DNA from: Octopus sinensis
Lineage: Eukaryota
DNA: 64,000 nucleotides
Assembly (NCBI RefSeq): GCF_006345805.1
Contig: NC_042998.1
Location: forward strand, 42,594,001 to 42,658,000
Direction: 5' to 3'
Positions within the stretch are counted from its first letter, which is position 1. Every line of letters begins with the position of its first letter. Positions 25,148 through 40,371 of the stretch are shown one piece after another. The translations under genes and the position numbers were made by a program. Under the pieces are notes generated by a model that was given only the letters and a program-made list of their open reading frames with translations, had not been told where the DNA came from and ran no database searches.

Positions 25148-25182
<35 letters not shown>

Positions 25183-25605
25183 AAGTTTGTTTTAAACCTT
25201 GGGATTACATAGAGAGTATTTTGCGTAGGATATGAGCAGTTCCCATGAGCGAGCTGACAGAATCGTTAGCACGCTGGACAACATCCTAAGCGGCATTTTG
25301 TGCCTTTAGTAGAAAGGATTATTATTATTATCATTTTTTTTTTTACAAGAATAGTGTTGATAATGTAAAGTTGATTTTACTATAACTGGACATAAGGCGA
25401 CGAGCTGGCAGAGTTGTTAGCACGCCGGACAAAATACCAAGCGGCATTTCGTCCGCCTTTACGCTCAAATTTCGCCCCGAGTGACTTTGCTTTTCATCCT
25501 TTCGGGGTCGATAAATTAAGTACCAGTTGCGTACTAGGGTTGATGTAAGCGGCCTACCCTCTCCCACAAAATATCAGGCCTTGTGCCTCTTGTGGAAAGG
25601 ATTAT
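24735..25605 (+). mobile_element. Cluster of SINE family B copies (24735-24890, 25240-25320, 25393-25605) with (TAT)n and (AATA)n tracts
   Basis: Shared TTCAAATTCCGC...TTTCATCC.TTCGGGGTCGAT..A.TACCAG body. Confidence 0.85.
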
Positions 25606-25660
25606 AGCTTGACATACAAACATTAATACACACACGCACACACACACAAACACACACACA

Positions 25661-25735
<75 letters not shown>

Positions 25736-25814
25736 CTCTTTTATACTCTTTTACTCTTTTACTTGTTCAGCCATCCGGCTGAGGCCATGCTGGGGCACCG
25801 CCCTTATATATATC

Positions 25815-25871
<57 letters not shown>

Positions 25872-25882
25872 GATATATATAG

Positions 25883-25922
<40 letters not shown>

Positions 25923-26048
25923 GGATAATATCGATCTTTAAATATCGATCTTATCAAGTGGCCAGCATGGGAATAAATATCATACAAAGATAATAATTAT
26001 TTAAAACTATAAATTAGGCTATGTAAAAGATATGTGCTTATCTGATAT

Positions 26049-26107
26049 ATTCAACTGAAGAAAGCAGAGCTTCTCTGAAGCAAAGTCAGAAATCCAGGAT
26101 CTTGAAT
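26049..26107 (+). ncRNA. Type I hammerhead fold, intact core, atypical helix II junction
   Basis: ATTCAA-CTGAAGA-(AAG CAGAG CTT CTCTG AAGCAAAGTCA)-GAAA-TCC-A-GGA-TC-TTGAAT; helix I 6 bp, AUC cleavage triplet. Confidence 0.55.
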
Positions 26108-26270
26108 TATCAGTAAAATCTTTTTTGCTAGTTTATTTTGTCTCTTTGTCTTCTCTCCTGGCGCGATATGAACATATAAGGTGGTTTTAGGGTCAGGGTT
26201 TTGACTGGTATTTCAGCATGGTGGTATCTCATAGATACCCTAATTTATAGTTATATATATATATATACAA

Positions 26271-26509
26271 GTGCGGCGTGGAAGGTTCACTGACAAAACT
26301 CCGTGCTGCAGCACGGAGTTTTGTCAGTGAACAGGTTGCGGTCTCAAAGCGACGAAAATATTTTGACAAATTAAATTTAAATGTTGAAGTGAATCTAACG
26401 TTTTTTGTGTGTTTCTTAAATGGCATATAAACACCTTCCACGCTGCAATTGTTTTCGTTCCAGCACACGATCTCAGATCAGGTCACTTTCTATGCAAGTA
26501 TCTCTCCGT

Positions 26510-26510
<1 letters not shown>
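26271..26510. mobile_element. Second copy of the foldback element, retaining the central 48-bp perfect palindrome
   Basis: 26285-26332 GTTCACTGACAAAACTCCGTGCTG|CAGCACGGAGTTTTGTCAGTGAAC; right arm matches 5850-6027; flanked by (TA)n. Confidence 0.85.
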
Positions 26511-28850
<2,340 letters not shown>

Positions 28851-29499
28851 AATACGTTTAAATATGTATGTGTACAAAATGGTACTAATATTTACCTTGT
28901 TCTTCGGAGCAATGACTTAGTAAATGTATCACATATGGTATTTCTTTTCAAGATGACACGCTAAAAAACAGCATCGCCAAGCAGACGACCGAGGCAGGCG
29001 GACCGATAGACAAGGCAAGTAAGTTGGCAAAGCAGACAGATAGATTGTTAGGCACGCAGTCGATTGATTGAATGATCAGGCATAACCGAAGTTTTTCGAT
29101 GTTTACATTCCTTTACCAATTCCAAATGAATTACACACAATGCGCAACAGTGTTTTTATCTGTTGCTTTTGTTCTGCCAAAACGCATTGTTGTGATTATT
29201 AGGTTCGTCTTGATCGGATTCTTTCTTAGCTTAATGATTAAAATAGGTTCTTTTGTGTTGTTGTGTCTGTGTAGGTATGTGCGTGTTTCTGATTTTGTAT
29301 GTAGATTTGTGAATGCGATATATTCGTATGTGTGTTACAGCTATGTGTTAAGAGTAAAACTGATTGCCTATACACCTTGTTAGCTGACATTTGTCAGTGG
29401 AATTTGTTAAAAGATTCTCCTGAGAAAAAAAAGAAAACAATTTTCTTTCAGTCTACCATTTTATTTGCCATTATGTTGGGACATAAGCCAACGAAGAAG

Positions 29500-29890
29500 T
29501 CTCTTTAAAAGCTTGATTTGTTAGAAATGTCTGTCAAATCTCACTAAAATCAGTCTTCACAATCCTAAAAAAAAAAAAAGATACGTTGGACAATATGGTC
29601 CTGGGTTCCATGCACATAGGAAGAAGACTGGGTTGTCATGGCAGGAATGCCATTGGTCATTAGCCTACTCCGTCAAGGCTAACATGGTGTTTAGCATCGA
29701 TTCTGAGCCATGGAGTTTCTTCGTGGTCGTTCGTCCTATGAGAGGTAGCCACCAAATTTCCTCAAAATCAAGATCTGCTGTCTTAAATGATTAAATAAAA
29801 CTTAAGTCCTACTGAGCCATAGTAAGAGGAGATGGTCATGGTCGGTATGCCTCCAATTCGCCCAGAGCTGGCCTAGAATTAAACAACAAT
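29500..29890 (+). mobile_element. Ancient retroposon 3' tail, two tandem relics; related relic at 24410-24600
   Basis: Shared TTAGAAAT..CAGCCAAAT.TCC.TCAA...GATGGTCA.GG..GG.ATGCC...GGGCTA.AAACAACAA pattern. Confidence 0.45.
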
Positions 29891-29897
29891 CACTATC

Positions 29898-29929
<32 letters not shown>

Positions 29930-29969
29930 CTTGTCTTTCTGTCTGTCCCTTTATCTATATCTATTTGTT

Positions 29970-30019
<50 letters not shown>

Positions 30020-30099
30020 GTGTGTGTGTGTGTGTGTATACATACATATATATACATATATATACAAAAAAATTTTAGTTTGGACATAGAATTACCAAA

Positions 30100-31090
30100 G
30101 GTTTCATATCCACAAAGCCAAAGCCTTGTGGACAGCTCGTCAAACTCTATACAAAGACAAAAACAATTTAAACTTTCTACGTCGCACCTAACATAAAACG
30201 CATTTTAACAAGTACCCACATTACAAGGGAGGGGCATGTTGTTCTTGCAGGGTATATAATAGCAGGAGGCCGATGCGAGGCTGGAGGAGTTATCTATGAA
30301 GCTTCGGTGATACCTAGACCTGTTATCCGCATTACCAGCAATGTACCGTCCAACAGCAATATTAGCAGATTAACCAGATCTCACGTCTGTACAGTCACCA
30401 GAGTCAGAGGTGATGACCAGTCTGGGACCGGCGTCACAGAGGATGTAACCTACGACCCCAGTACCACTGCCACAGATAATGAACAAACCATTATCATAAA
30501 CACAGATAGAGTGACCAGCCACGCACCATATATTACCACCAGTACCATCGCTATACCTAGCGAAGATGACCAATCCAGGACCAGCGACTCAAAGGAGGTA
30601 TCCGGCATTCCAAGTACCACCACCACAGATGATGACCAAACAATTATCATCGACACCGAGGGGATGACCGGCCTCGCACTTTTTGTTACCGCCGGCTGCA
30701 CCTGCACAAACGCTACATCGCCAACCATATGACCACTAGTGATAACCACGGTGATAAGACCGCCGGATCATAGCACCATATCGACTGTGTCAGCAACGGT
30801 GTTACCAACAGCATCCCCAGTCCCGGAGCTTATCAGAGCTATACCAGGAGTGCGAATGTAGCTACATCTCAAGTTTGTAAATATTTCGAATCAGCCTGTA
30901 TATCTTTCAAACGTCGTTTCCACAACCACCATTCATCCTTCAGGGTCCCAGAAAGACAGTATGTCACGTCCCTGGCCTGCCATGTGTGGAACCTTAAAGA
31001 CTAAGGGACCCCACTTGATATCAGGTGGAAAATAATAGATCATAGCCAGTTTCGCACCCACGTTTGAGCGGTGTGCGTACGTGCGCATCC
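30100..31090 (+). mobile_element. Penelope-like GIY-YIG remnant with a long S/T/D-rich insertion
   Basis: GGRCEAGGVIYEASV at 30265-30309; KYFESACISFKRRFHNHHSSFR...SLACHVWNLKD*GTPLDIRWKII from 30879; 51-codon repeat between. Confidence 0.8.
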
Positions 31091-31580
31091 TTGAGTATAT
31101 ATCAGTCTATGTATATAAGTACGTATGCATGTTTTCCTTGAGCTTTTATTGAAGTTCTCTTTAAGAAAATTCCCGGTGTCTATAAATATGTGGTTAAGTG
31201 GAGCTGTCGATGCATACATACACCCAATTATTTGCAGCAGTTTCTTTTGCTCTTTCTTCGGAAAACCTAGTATTTCTAGGTTTTTGCGTGAATTTTTTTA
31301 TACATAGCCTAATGCATCTATGATTATAGATACAAATGAGAATTTATGGTCAGGGTACAAGTGCTATATGTTTTTCATTAATTCACCATAGATGTTCATT
31401 TTGTTTTTCCCTGAACATTTGATTGAAAATTCACATTCGTTGGGCAGCTGACCTCTACAACAGTGCATGGCTTTTGTTCCCTGTTTCTCAGAACAATATA
31501 GGTCTGTTATGTTTGCAACGAATTGCTCTTTTTGTTGGAGTGTTCTACCAGTATTCCTTGTTTCTAAAGGTGTAAATACA

Positions 31581-31616
<36 letters not shown>

Positions 31617-31645
31617 TGTATGTATGTATGTATGTATGTATGTAT

Positions 31646-32056
31646 GTGGTTGTGTGGTAAGTAGCTTGCTTACGAACCACATGGTTCCGGGTTCAGTCCC
31701 ACTGCGTGGCACCTTGGGCAAGTGTCTTCTACTATAGCCTCGGGCCGACCAAAGCCTTGTGAGTGGATTTGGTAGACGGAAACTGAAAGAAGCCCGTCGT
31801 ATATATATATATATATATATGTTTGTATGTGTGTGTATATGTTTGTGTGTCTGTGCTTGTCCCCCCACCCAACATCGCTTGACAACCGATGCTGGTGTGT
31901 TTACGTCCCCGTAACTTAGCGGTTCGGCAAAAGATACCGATAGAATAAATACTAGGCTTACAAAGAATAAGTCTTGGGGTCGATTTGCTCGACTAAAGGC
32001 GGTGCTCTAGCATGGCCACAGTCAAATGACTGAAACAAGTAAAAGAGAAAAAGAGT
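31646..32056 (+). mobile_element. SINE family A, full length, flanked by (TATG)n
   Basis: Complete head, internal microsatellite and tail; near-identical to 11867-12284. Confidence 0.93.
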
Positions 32057-32999
32057 ATGTATGTATGTATGTATGTGTCTGTCTATTTGTCTGTCTGTCT
32101 TGTCCATTAGTTTTCTTACTCTACTACTTTGCTTGCAGTTATGTAAAAGTAATAACTTTTTCATATACACGAAGAACTAGATTAGACAAATGAAAATATA
32201 GTCTATACAGGATTTGGACATATAAGAAAGATTTTCAACCTATACAGCATTCCGGGGCATAGAGATCTGAGGAGGACTCGACTAATATCTGATAGGATCT
32301 TCACTGAAAAACTCACGGTCCCTTTCAAATTTAAGATTTCTCAACACCACCCGGAATAGGTCGAAAGCAGTCTTCGTTCACCTTGCAAGGTTTCTCTTGG
32401 AGGCTGTGTTTGTGTGCAGTTAAAGATTCTTAAAATGTGGAAAACTAGCTAAAACAGTGTTAAACGGAATTTATTTAGTATATTTTGGATACTCATACAA
32501 AGAGAATCAAAATTTTATTGCGCTATAGATATAATTTGTGGGCTTTCACTGAACTTCAGCATTTTTATGATGCAATAGGTTATTTTGTTTCCAGTGTGTG
32601 TGTGTGTGTGTATAATTCTTCTTTATCATAGCAGGGACAATAAGTTGTTGGAACTCAATATACTTATAGTTATGATGCAGTTTTACGAAGTTCCAGTAGC
32701 GAGATGGAATTAATTCACTGACGTCCTCCAACCCGGATTTATATGAACCAGAAGAAAACTACAAATTTTAATAATAATTAATAACTGAATGATAAAAGAA
32801 CAAGAGTTGTATAATCACTACCATTAGCTTACAGCTCTTTTGCCTATAAGGTTTTGTTCATCCAAAGTTGAGCGACATCCAGTAGCTTCATCAGCTATTG
32901 TGATTCAAATAATAATTAAATTAATAGCTATAATATTAGTTGAGCGTAGGCCTACATTTACTATTCGCTCCCTACACTTAGATAAAACAATAAGGATTT

Positions 33000-35200
33000 T
33001 TTTAATATTTAAAAATTTTAACTGATATCGTTTATTCACCTATTTTCAGTTGAGCTCATGTAATATAATGAAAAAAATTGTCGTAAAAAGCTTGAAATCT
33101 ATTTTGAAGATATCGGGGAAAATAACTTAATTTTTTCTAGAAGAGCAAGGTTTCTCTATCTATCAACCTTGACTGATTATGTGCTAAAACAGTGGTGGGG
33201 TCAGATTGTCTCCCAGTTTTCAGACACCTTCGACTGGGCCTAATTTTTTTAAATACCGCTTCGAAAACCTTTAGTCTGTCTTGACTCCATCCGGCATTTC
33301 TCTTTGTACACGTCCTATATTATTTGAATAACAAGATAATGATTTATTTTTGATAATTTTCTAATTTCATCTTTTTTCTTTCATCTTAGGAAACATGGCG
33401 TTAGATTCAGCGGATGATAAATATTTTGAAGAAACAATGGAAGAGGATGTCAAAATTTATGCAAGAATGGAGGAAAGGGATGTATTAACTCGAGCCAGTA
33501 TCAGGAGATGTGATGAATGCATACAGCAGCGTCTGCAAAACCATATTGCGAACGGTCGTTCGTGGCAAATGCAGCAATGTAAAAGAACAGGGACACAAGA
33601 AAAATGTTATGGCTGACAGTCAGAATGAGAGACTGAAAGAAAAAAAATATCTGTAAAAAAAAAGAAACGACTCACAAAGGACTAAACTCTTTGCACGGGC
33701 AGCACCTGAGCTTTTTCACACCCTTATGTACCTCCATTCCTACAACAGCGTGGATTTCACTTGAACAAAAACAATGTTTAGAAAAGTGACTGTATTACTG
33801 CATCTGTTATGCATTGTAGGAAAACTGAATCAGAAGCAATAATAGTTAATGCACTACGACCAAAAGCTATAGAAATGTACTTTGTTAGAGAAGACAATTG
33901 TCTCGTTTGCAGTGTAAACAGAAGCTTCTAATCGCCGGAATAGAAAGATGTCCACTGGGGCTATTAAGTATTTTTATCCATGACTGAACAGCAGAATCCA
34001 GAACTATTATCTATTTTAGAAAACACACATGAATCAGCAGGTGGAATTAGTAAATGTTTTTTGCAAACACTGAACGATCACTACCTGACAAAAATTAACT
34101 ACTATGGTTTTAGTCCCGATAATTGCTGTGTCAACTTTAGTATCAACAACTTGGCATTCGTGAGAAAAGAAAATGATGATATACAAAAGGGAATGGCCAA
34201 GCACATAATTTCCGACTCAATTTCAATCTTCATTGAAGAGTTGGATGTTGGCTCTTAAAACGTTGAGTTTAAGCCATATGCGTATTTTGCAACATGATGA
34301 GGTGAAAAAATTCTGGAAAGACTTATTGAGGCATGTGACTACTAGATAGCTGGCACCTCTTCCTGCAGTGAATCGACGTGTTCTGGTGGCTCAATTTCAA
34401 AGCTTTCATAAATGCTATCTTCTTGAGAAAATCGTGAATATATTTTCCGTGGTTGCTCACAGAGAGACTTGGCTCGTATGCACTTAATATTTGTTAGTTG
34501 TATTCTTTCACAGAATTATAAACGATATGAGATGTGGGATCAACACTTCGTAAGTTGCAAATACTCCGAAAGGATTTCAAGATTTCATCAGTATGACCAT
34601 CATACATATCGTTAAAAAGTCATTTAATTGATTTGTCCAATCTCGTTTGCCTATCCTTCGAGAATATCGATACGAGCAACATTACAAATCTGAAAGAATT
34701 CTCAGAACAATTGTCAATACAAAATTTGGATGTGGATGCATTATTCACTGACATAGAAATGCTATAATGATAAGAAAAAGTGTGCATGTTGTCCAAATTG
34801 ATGTACAAGTTGCATAAGCGCCATTACTAAAAACAATGATGTAAAATATCTGCAGTGTTGCAGAACAACAACCTCGAAAACACAATGTAAATAATGAATT
34901 ATGTTCTGTGTATACCGTCATCTACATTCTGCATGTGTTCTTTCTTTTTACAGAAATTAAAGTGCAGTGAAGTGAAAAACAGATTTCCTTAGAAGTCAAA
35001 GGAGTTGAGCTATGAGTCACCCTGAACAAGAAAATATCCCACTCCAAATTTGCGACCCACATTCCGTCCTATAGTTTGATGACAAAATCTTCTACAAAGT
35101 ATGAAATCGAAAAGGAAGTACTCGTTCAAATAAAAAAAAAAAAGAAGCATGTCTTTGAATTGCATTTTATTGAATGAAATTCTCGTATGAGCCACTTACT
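33000..35200 (+). mobile_element. Decayed hAT transposase
   Basis: HSYNSVDFT, HCRKTESEAIIVNALRP, GFSPDNCCVNFS, AKHII and LLRHVTTR*LAPLPAVNR match hAT motifs (CGRTKSEAI, SADNxxVNFG, CxxHII, HVxTRWLS); termini not identified. Confidence 0.75.
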
Positions 35201-37114
35201 AATCATGACTTTTGCTTGCTGAGTAAAAACAGTTGGTTTAGCAGAGTCGTTGGAGAATCAAATAAAATGCCCGGCCACCTATGTCAACATTGGTCTTTCA
35301 TCCTTTCGGAATAAATAAAAGAAAGTACCAATCTTTGTTGGTAAATTGGCGGATATGTGAAAACGTCGGACTGGATGCCTTGCGATATTTGTTCCGGCTC
35401 TATGGCCCCTGATTTTGAATCTTACTATGATTCACTTGAATAGTAAACTTTATCCATCTCTTAGATTAATACCATCTGAATTGTAAAATAAATGCTCAAT
35501 ATATTCAATGCATAACAGTCGAGCAGTAAAGCACATATGGCTTGAAACCATAATTTTAGAATATGCTTGTAATTCAAATCATTGATTCAGAATTGTATCC
35601 ACAGCAGGTTGAGTTGATAACCATGTAGTTGGGCAACGGTTTAAAACCTTCAGAAATATAAAGACACAAAACTTTACACTAGTCGACTGAACTGTACTCT
35701 GGTGTGTTAAGTATATTTTAAAAATACAAAATGTAGCAACATACAATTAAAATGTTGAAAGCATTTACAAATGATTCTTTTTCATTTTGGCACCAGGTTA
35801 CTAATTTTGACGAGAGGGGGAACTGATTACATTGACTCTAGAGTTCAACTGGTACTTTTATACTATTGACCCCGAAAGAATGAAAAGCAAAACCGACCTC
35901 GATTTTATCAGTGCGGTAATGATTTTGCCAGCTCACAATCTAAATACAATTTTTAATAATTAACAAATTCATTGATAGATAAATAGAAAGAAAGAAAACT
36001 AAAGTGAAACCGTAAATTGATTAATTGAAAGGCAAGGGTAATTATAAATCATGTTTCTTTGAAGCGAACGGAATTTTCTTATCAACATTTTTTTTGTCTA
36101 ATTCATGCTTGTTAATTTCTTTCGAAATAATATGAGTTATGTGATATGGTTTTTTGATAGAATACTGTTACATCCATTTTACATCCAACGGTTATATCCG
36201 ACCTCACTTGTTTAGCCAATGGCAGCCCCTGGTCTGTATAAATGACTCCTTTGCAGTGTTATAAAATGAAATTCAAAATTAATTCTAGATTTCTACCAAA
36301 AGAAGAAAAGAGCAAAATTTGCTAAAAATGCTAAATAATTAAAAATAAGGTTAGATACTCTATTTAAAAGGAAGCGTTTAAATTAAACCTTTGCTAAGAT
36401 ATCTGAATCAATAGCTTACAAATCTTCTAAATCGCCAAATCCGTCAGCATTTTCAGCTGACATTATTTCTATGTCAGATGTGCGTCCATTCCTGGCAAAC
36501 CTATTCAGTGTGACTTCATGTTAACAACAGTCTTTGTAGCATTTATCATGATGTTTCTATCGCAAGCATTGGGAGTTGCATCTCATTTACCAATTTCGTT
36601 TTCAGAATATTGATACTATTGAATAATCTTTTTACTTCAGCTTTAAAATTTGGTAACATTAGGAGATTAAGATCGAGCGGATATAGCAACATCTCTTAAG
36701 GCATTTCTGTCCAAAACTTTTCAGTATTAGTAGAGCTGGTCCATTTAAGTAAATGTAATACTAGCTATATCATTCTCATTTAAACTGACTCCGAAATAAT
36801 CGATTCATTTACTTATCTCAAAATATTTTCTATTGAAAATCATTTTGTGTGTTTTAGCATTTAAGAATTGTCCAGAAACGTTATTTGAGATTTTGTAATG
36901 ACAGAGAAGAAATGTTTTGGTCTTTTCCGAATGTTTTCCCAAATATTTTCTTTCATCGTCTTGTGTATCACTTCTGCTATGTGTCTCAAATTTTAATCAA
37001 GAATAAGTTTAGAATCCTCCTAAATATTCAGCATTAAAATAAGAATCAAAAGGATCTATTCTACATGTTGGCGGTACTAAGATATTTATAATATTTGATC
37101 AAATGAGGGAAAAA

Positions 37115-38120
37115 TGCTTAGCGTTTTTTGCCGTCTTTACGTTCTGAGTTCAAATTCCGCTTAGATCGACTTTGTCTTTCACCCTTCGGGGTCCATAAAT
37201 TAAGTACCAGTCGAGCATTGGGGTCGATATAATTGACTTACACCCCTGCTCCGAAATTTCTGGTCTCGTGCAAAAATTTGAAATCAATATTTGATCAAAT
37301 GAGTGTGTTCTGTTTTATCCACTGTTCAAGAAGTTCAATTCTTGATCATTTTAAAAAATAATATGTAATATAAAATATAAAACAAACTAAAAAAAGAATA
37401 AAATAAGACAAGAATTGTTTCGCATTCTCCAAAGATTCTAATTTCTTATGACATCAACAACATACAATTCTAGCTTGAAAGAAAAAAGTTTCTAAAGTAG
37501 ATGCGAGAAATTCGAAGGATTGCTTTGGTCCAATAGTAGAGAACTTGTCAAATTCACAGAAGTATGTTCGAGCCCCTTGGGTAGCCTTTAACTTTTTCAG
37601 CCTAAAGGATTTTTAACCCATTCGAGCTGGCAGAAACGTTAGCACGCCGGGCGAAATGCGTAGCCGTATTTCGTCTGCCGTTACGTTCTGAGTTCAAATT
37701 CCGCCGAGGTCGATTTTGCCTTTCATCCTTTTGGGGTCAATAAATTAAGTACCAGTTACGCACTGGGGTCGATATAATCGACTTAATCCGTTTGTCTGTC
37801 CTTGTTTATCCTCTGTGTTTAGCCCCTTGTGGGTAGAAAAGAAATAGGTATTTCGTCTTTCGCTACTTTCATCAACTGGTACTTAATTTATCGAGGATGA
37901 AAGGCAAAGTCGACCTCGACGGAATTTGAACTCAGAACGTAACGGCAGACGAAATACGGCTACGCATTTCGCCCGGCGTGCCAACGTTTCTGCCAGCTCG
38001 ACGGCTTAGTCCGGAGATATATTAGAAGACATTTACCCAAGGTGCTGCTCAGTGGAACTGGACACGAAACCATGTGATTACAAAGCGAACTTCTGAACCA
38101 CATAGCCATGCATGCGCCTA
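37115..38120. mobile_element. SINE B cluster: 37115-37290 (+), 37623-37862 (+), 37870-38007 (-); SINE A head 38020-38120 (-)
   Basis: Direct similarity to the other copies. Confidence 0.9.
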
Positions 38121-38967
38121 TGTGTGTGAACAACATGTTTATGATTGTTACTGAAATACATTATTGTAATACCCCCAAACTTCTTAACTGTGATCTCATT
38201 GGATTTAGTAATTAGATTAAATTTTCCGGTTTACAACATCAGAAAGGAATTTCCCCTCAAAAATGTGGAGCAAGCAAGTACATTCTTTACGCATTTTGCA
38301 CGATGCAACTTCACGTCAAGAACAGTTTCTCAATCATGTTTATATATTTTCGCACTAATTTACAAAAATGATTACAAATGTTTAAATGAAGAATGGCAGC
38401 AAATTACATTTACCAAAATTTGGTAACAAAAACTGCTGTAAATAGAGCTGTTGCCACATGCTAGTTTTGACAATAGCTAACTTATTTAAAATATTGTACG
38501 TACACCACTTGTACAAAATTACCAGCTGACCTGAAACGTATCAGCTGGGACTTAATGCAGTTATTTGCTAAATGTTGGCGTAGCAAGTTATTCCTTTTCG
38601 AAATGTCTGATATATATCGTAGTTTCTTTGCTTATTTTCGAGAAGAATAAAAACAAGAAGAAGCGAACTTGAAATGTATACTGTTTAAAAAAAACCAATT
38701 AAATTAGAAGTTCACTATTTAAATCTCTATGAACAATTTGCTGAAAAAATTGAGTTGCGAAACGAGTGTAACCAACACCTGGCAAGCATTAAGGCACCGG
38801 TTTGGAAACTTTGTTAATCCTTTTCCTTTATTGGATGCTGGCACACTTTCAGCTAAGTGCAATTTAAGGCTTTAGCTTTAAATTTGGTCGTAATATCATT
38901 TCAAATTTTTTCTCACTACACACACACCATGTTGAAAATGCTAATTAAATTTGAAAACAAAAAAGAG

Positions 38968-39272
38968 TAATTAACTATAACCGGGAACCAGGTCATAAAC
39001 ACGGCTTACGGATGTAAGGAGAAGCAAGAATGTTTTAATAATAAATTGGCTTATAAGCTAGAGAGGGGTGTTGCCACTTATTAATAATAAATTTGGCGTT
39101 TTTTTAGTCATTTCCTACCAAACTATTAAAAGGAAAAAAAAGGAAGCTAAATCTATTATTAAAAAGTGGCAACACCCCTCTCTAGCTTAAAAGCTAATTT
39201 ATCATAACGTCCTTGCTTTCCTCTGTGTCCGTAAGCCATGTTTATGACCGGGTTCCCGGTTGTAGTTAATTA
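38968..39272. mobile_element. Foldback MITE
   Basis: TTAACTATAACCGGGAACCAGGTCATAAACACGGCTTACGGA versus reverse complement, 3 mismatches in 42; inner arms AGCTAGAGAGGGGTGTTGCCACTT and complement; TA or TTAA TSD both readable. Confidence 0.85.
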
Positions 39273-39547
39273 GTCTCTACTTATGACTTTTGTGGATCCT
39301 CCTATACTGCTGTAATCGATGCAGGCAGTTTGAGTCTAGAATGAAATTCTGCAGATCTTTACATGTAAAATAGGAAAAAAGATTATATAGTTAAAGAGAA
39401 ATGCAGCTAGTTCTTAGAAGGAATAAGTGGACAATATATATTTTAAGGCAAATTAGTACTAACTTTTTCATAGTTTATTAAATTGAAGGAAGACACTGTG
39501 CCAATCACCTTCACATACTGAATAAATACTTGGTTTCTGTTGAGAAT

Positions 39548-40030
39548 GTATATTCTTTTCTACTCTAGGTACAAGGCCCGAAATTTAGGGGGAGGGGGCC
39601 AGTCGATTAGATCGACCCTAGTACGCAACTGGTCCTTAATTTACCTACCCAGAAAGGATGAAAGGCAAAGTCGACCTTGGCGGAATATGAACTCAGAACG
39701 TAAAGACAGACGAAATACTTATTTCTTTACGTCATTGATTGGTTGAAATTGCCGAAATGCAAGAAATTAAACAACAAATAGCTTACAAACTACAGAATTT
39801 TCTCAAGAAAGCCAAGAGAAAAAGATGTTTTATGTAACACACTACCAGTATACGAAGTTTAAAAGTGCTTAGTTACAAAGAAAATATTTTAAAAATCTGC
39901 CGGTCAAAGTGAAAAGATCCTTGACTCTCGCACATGAATACTTATTTATCGAATCCAACAAGATGAGGAGTGACGTTGACTCCGCCGGGATTTGAACTCA
40001 GCATGTAAAGGAACATAACAAAATACTTTG
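39548..40030 (-). mobile_element. Two SINE B fragments around a truncated copy (39728-39920) of the Merlin-like MITE
   Basis: 39728-39920 is the near reverse complement of 42471-42665 and ends in the TIR GAAAAGATCC. Confidence 0.8.
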
Positions 40031-40371
40031 TGCATATTTATGATTTGGCTGCCGTTTTTTTAACACCTCTACAGAGATAATACTACACTTCACTCCTTAA
40101 TATTCCACATGCAAAGGTCATCCACGCAACGTAGACACTAAGGTACCACTCGCATAGCATTTATGAATAGAGAGAGACATTGAAGACATCCTCTAACAGA
40201 AATATAACAAACTGTTCTTCAAAGATATCAAAATGCAATCGCTGCACAGAACAAGAAAACTATCTTTCGCCACTGCACTCTTCACACCTCTGATTGCTAC
40301 ACGCAGAAAATTCTCAATGTTACTTCAAATATTATGCCTTATTTTTTATGCTTTCTCTTACATCATCTATG

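Noticed and set aside
34561-34600. Minus-strand CTGATGA...GAAA-TCC-TTTC-GGA
   Set aside because: An extra G displaces the cleavage triplet, helix I does not pair, and it lies within hAT coding remnant
38521-38550. CCAGCTGA-CCT-GAAAC-GTA-TCAGCTGG hairpin
   Set aside because: G8/A9 and helix II absent; the two possible registers are mutually exclusive
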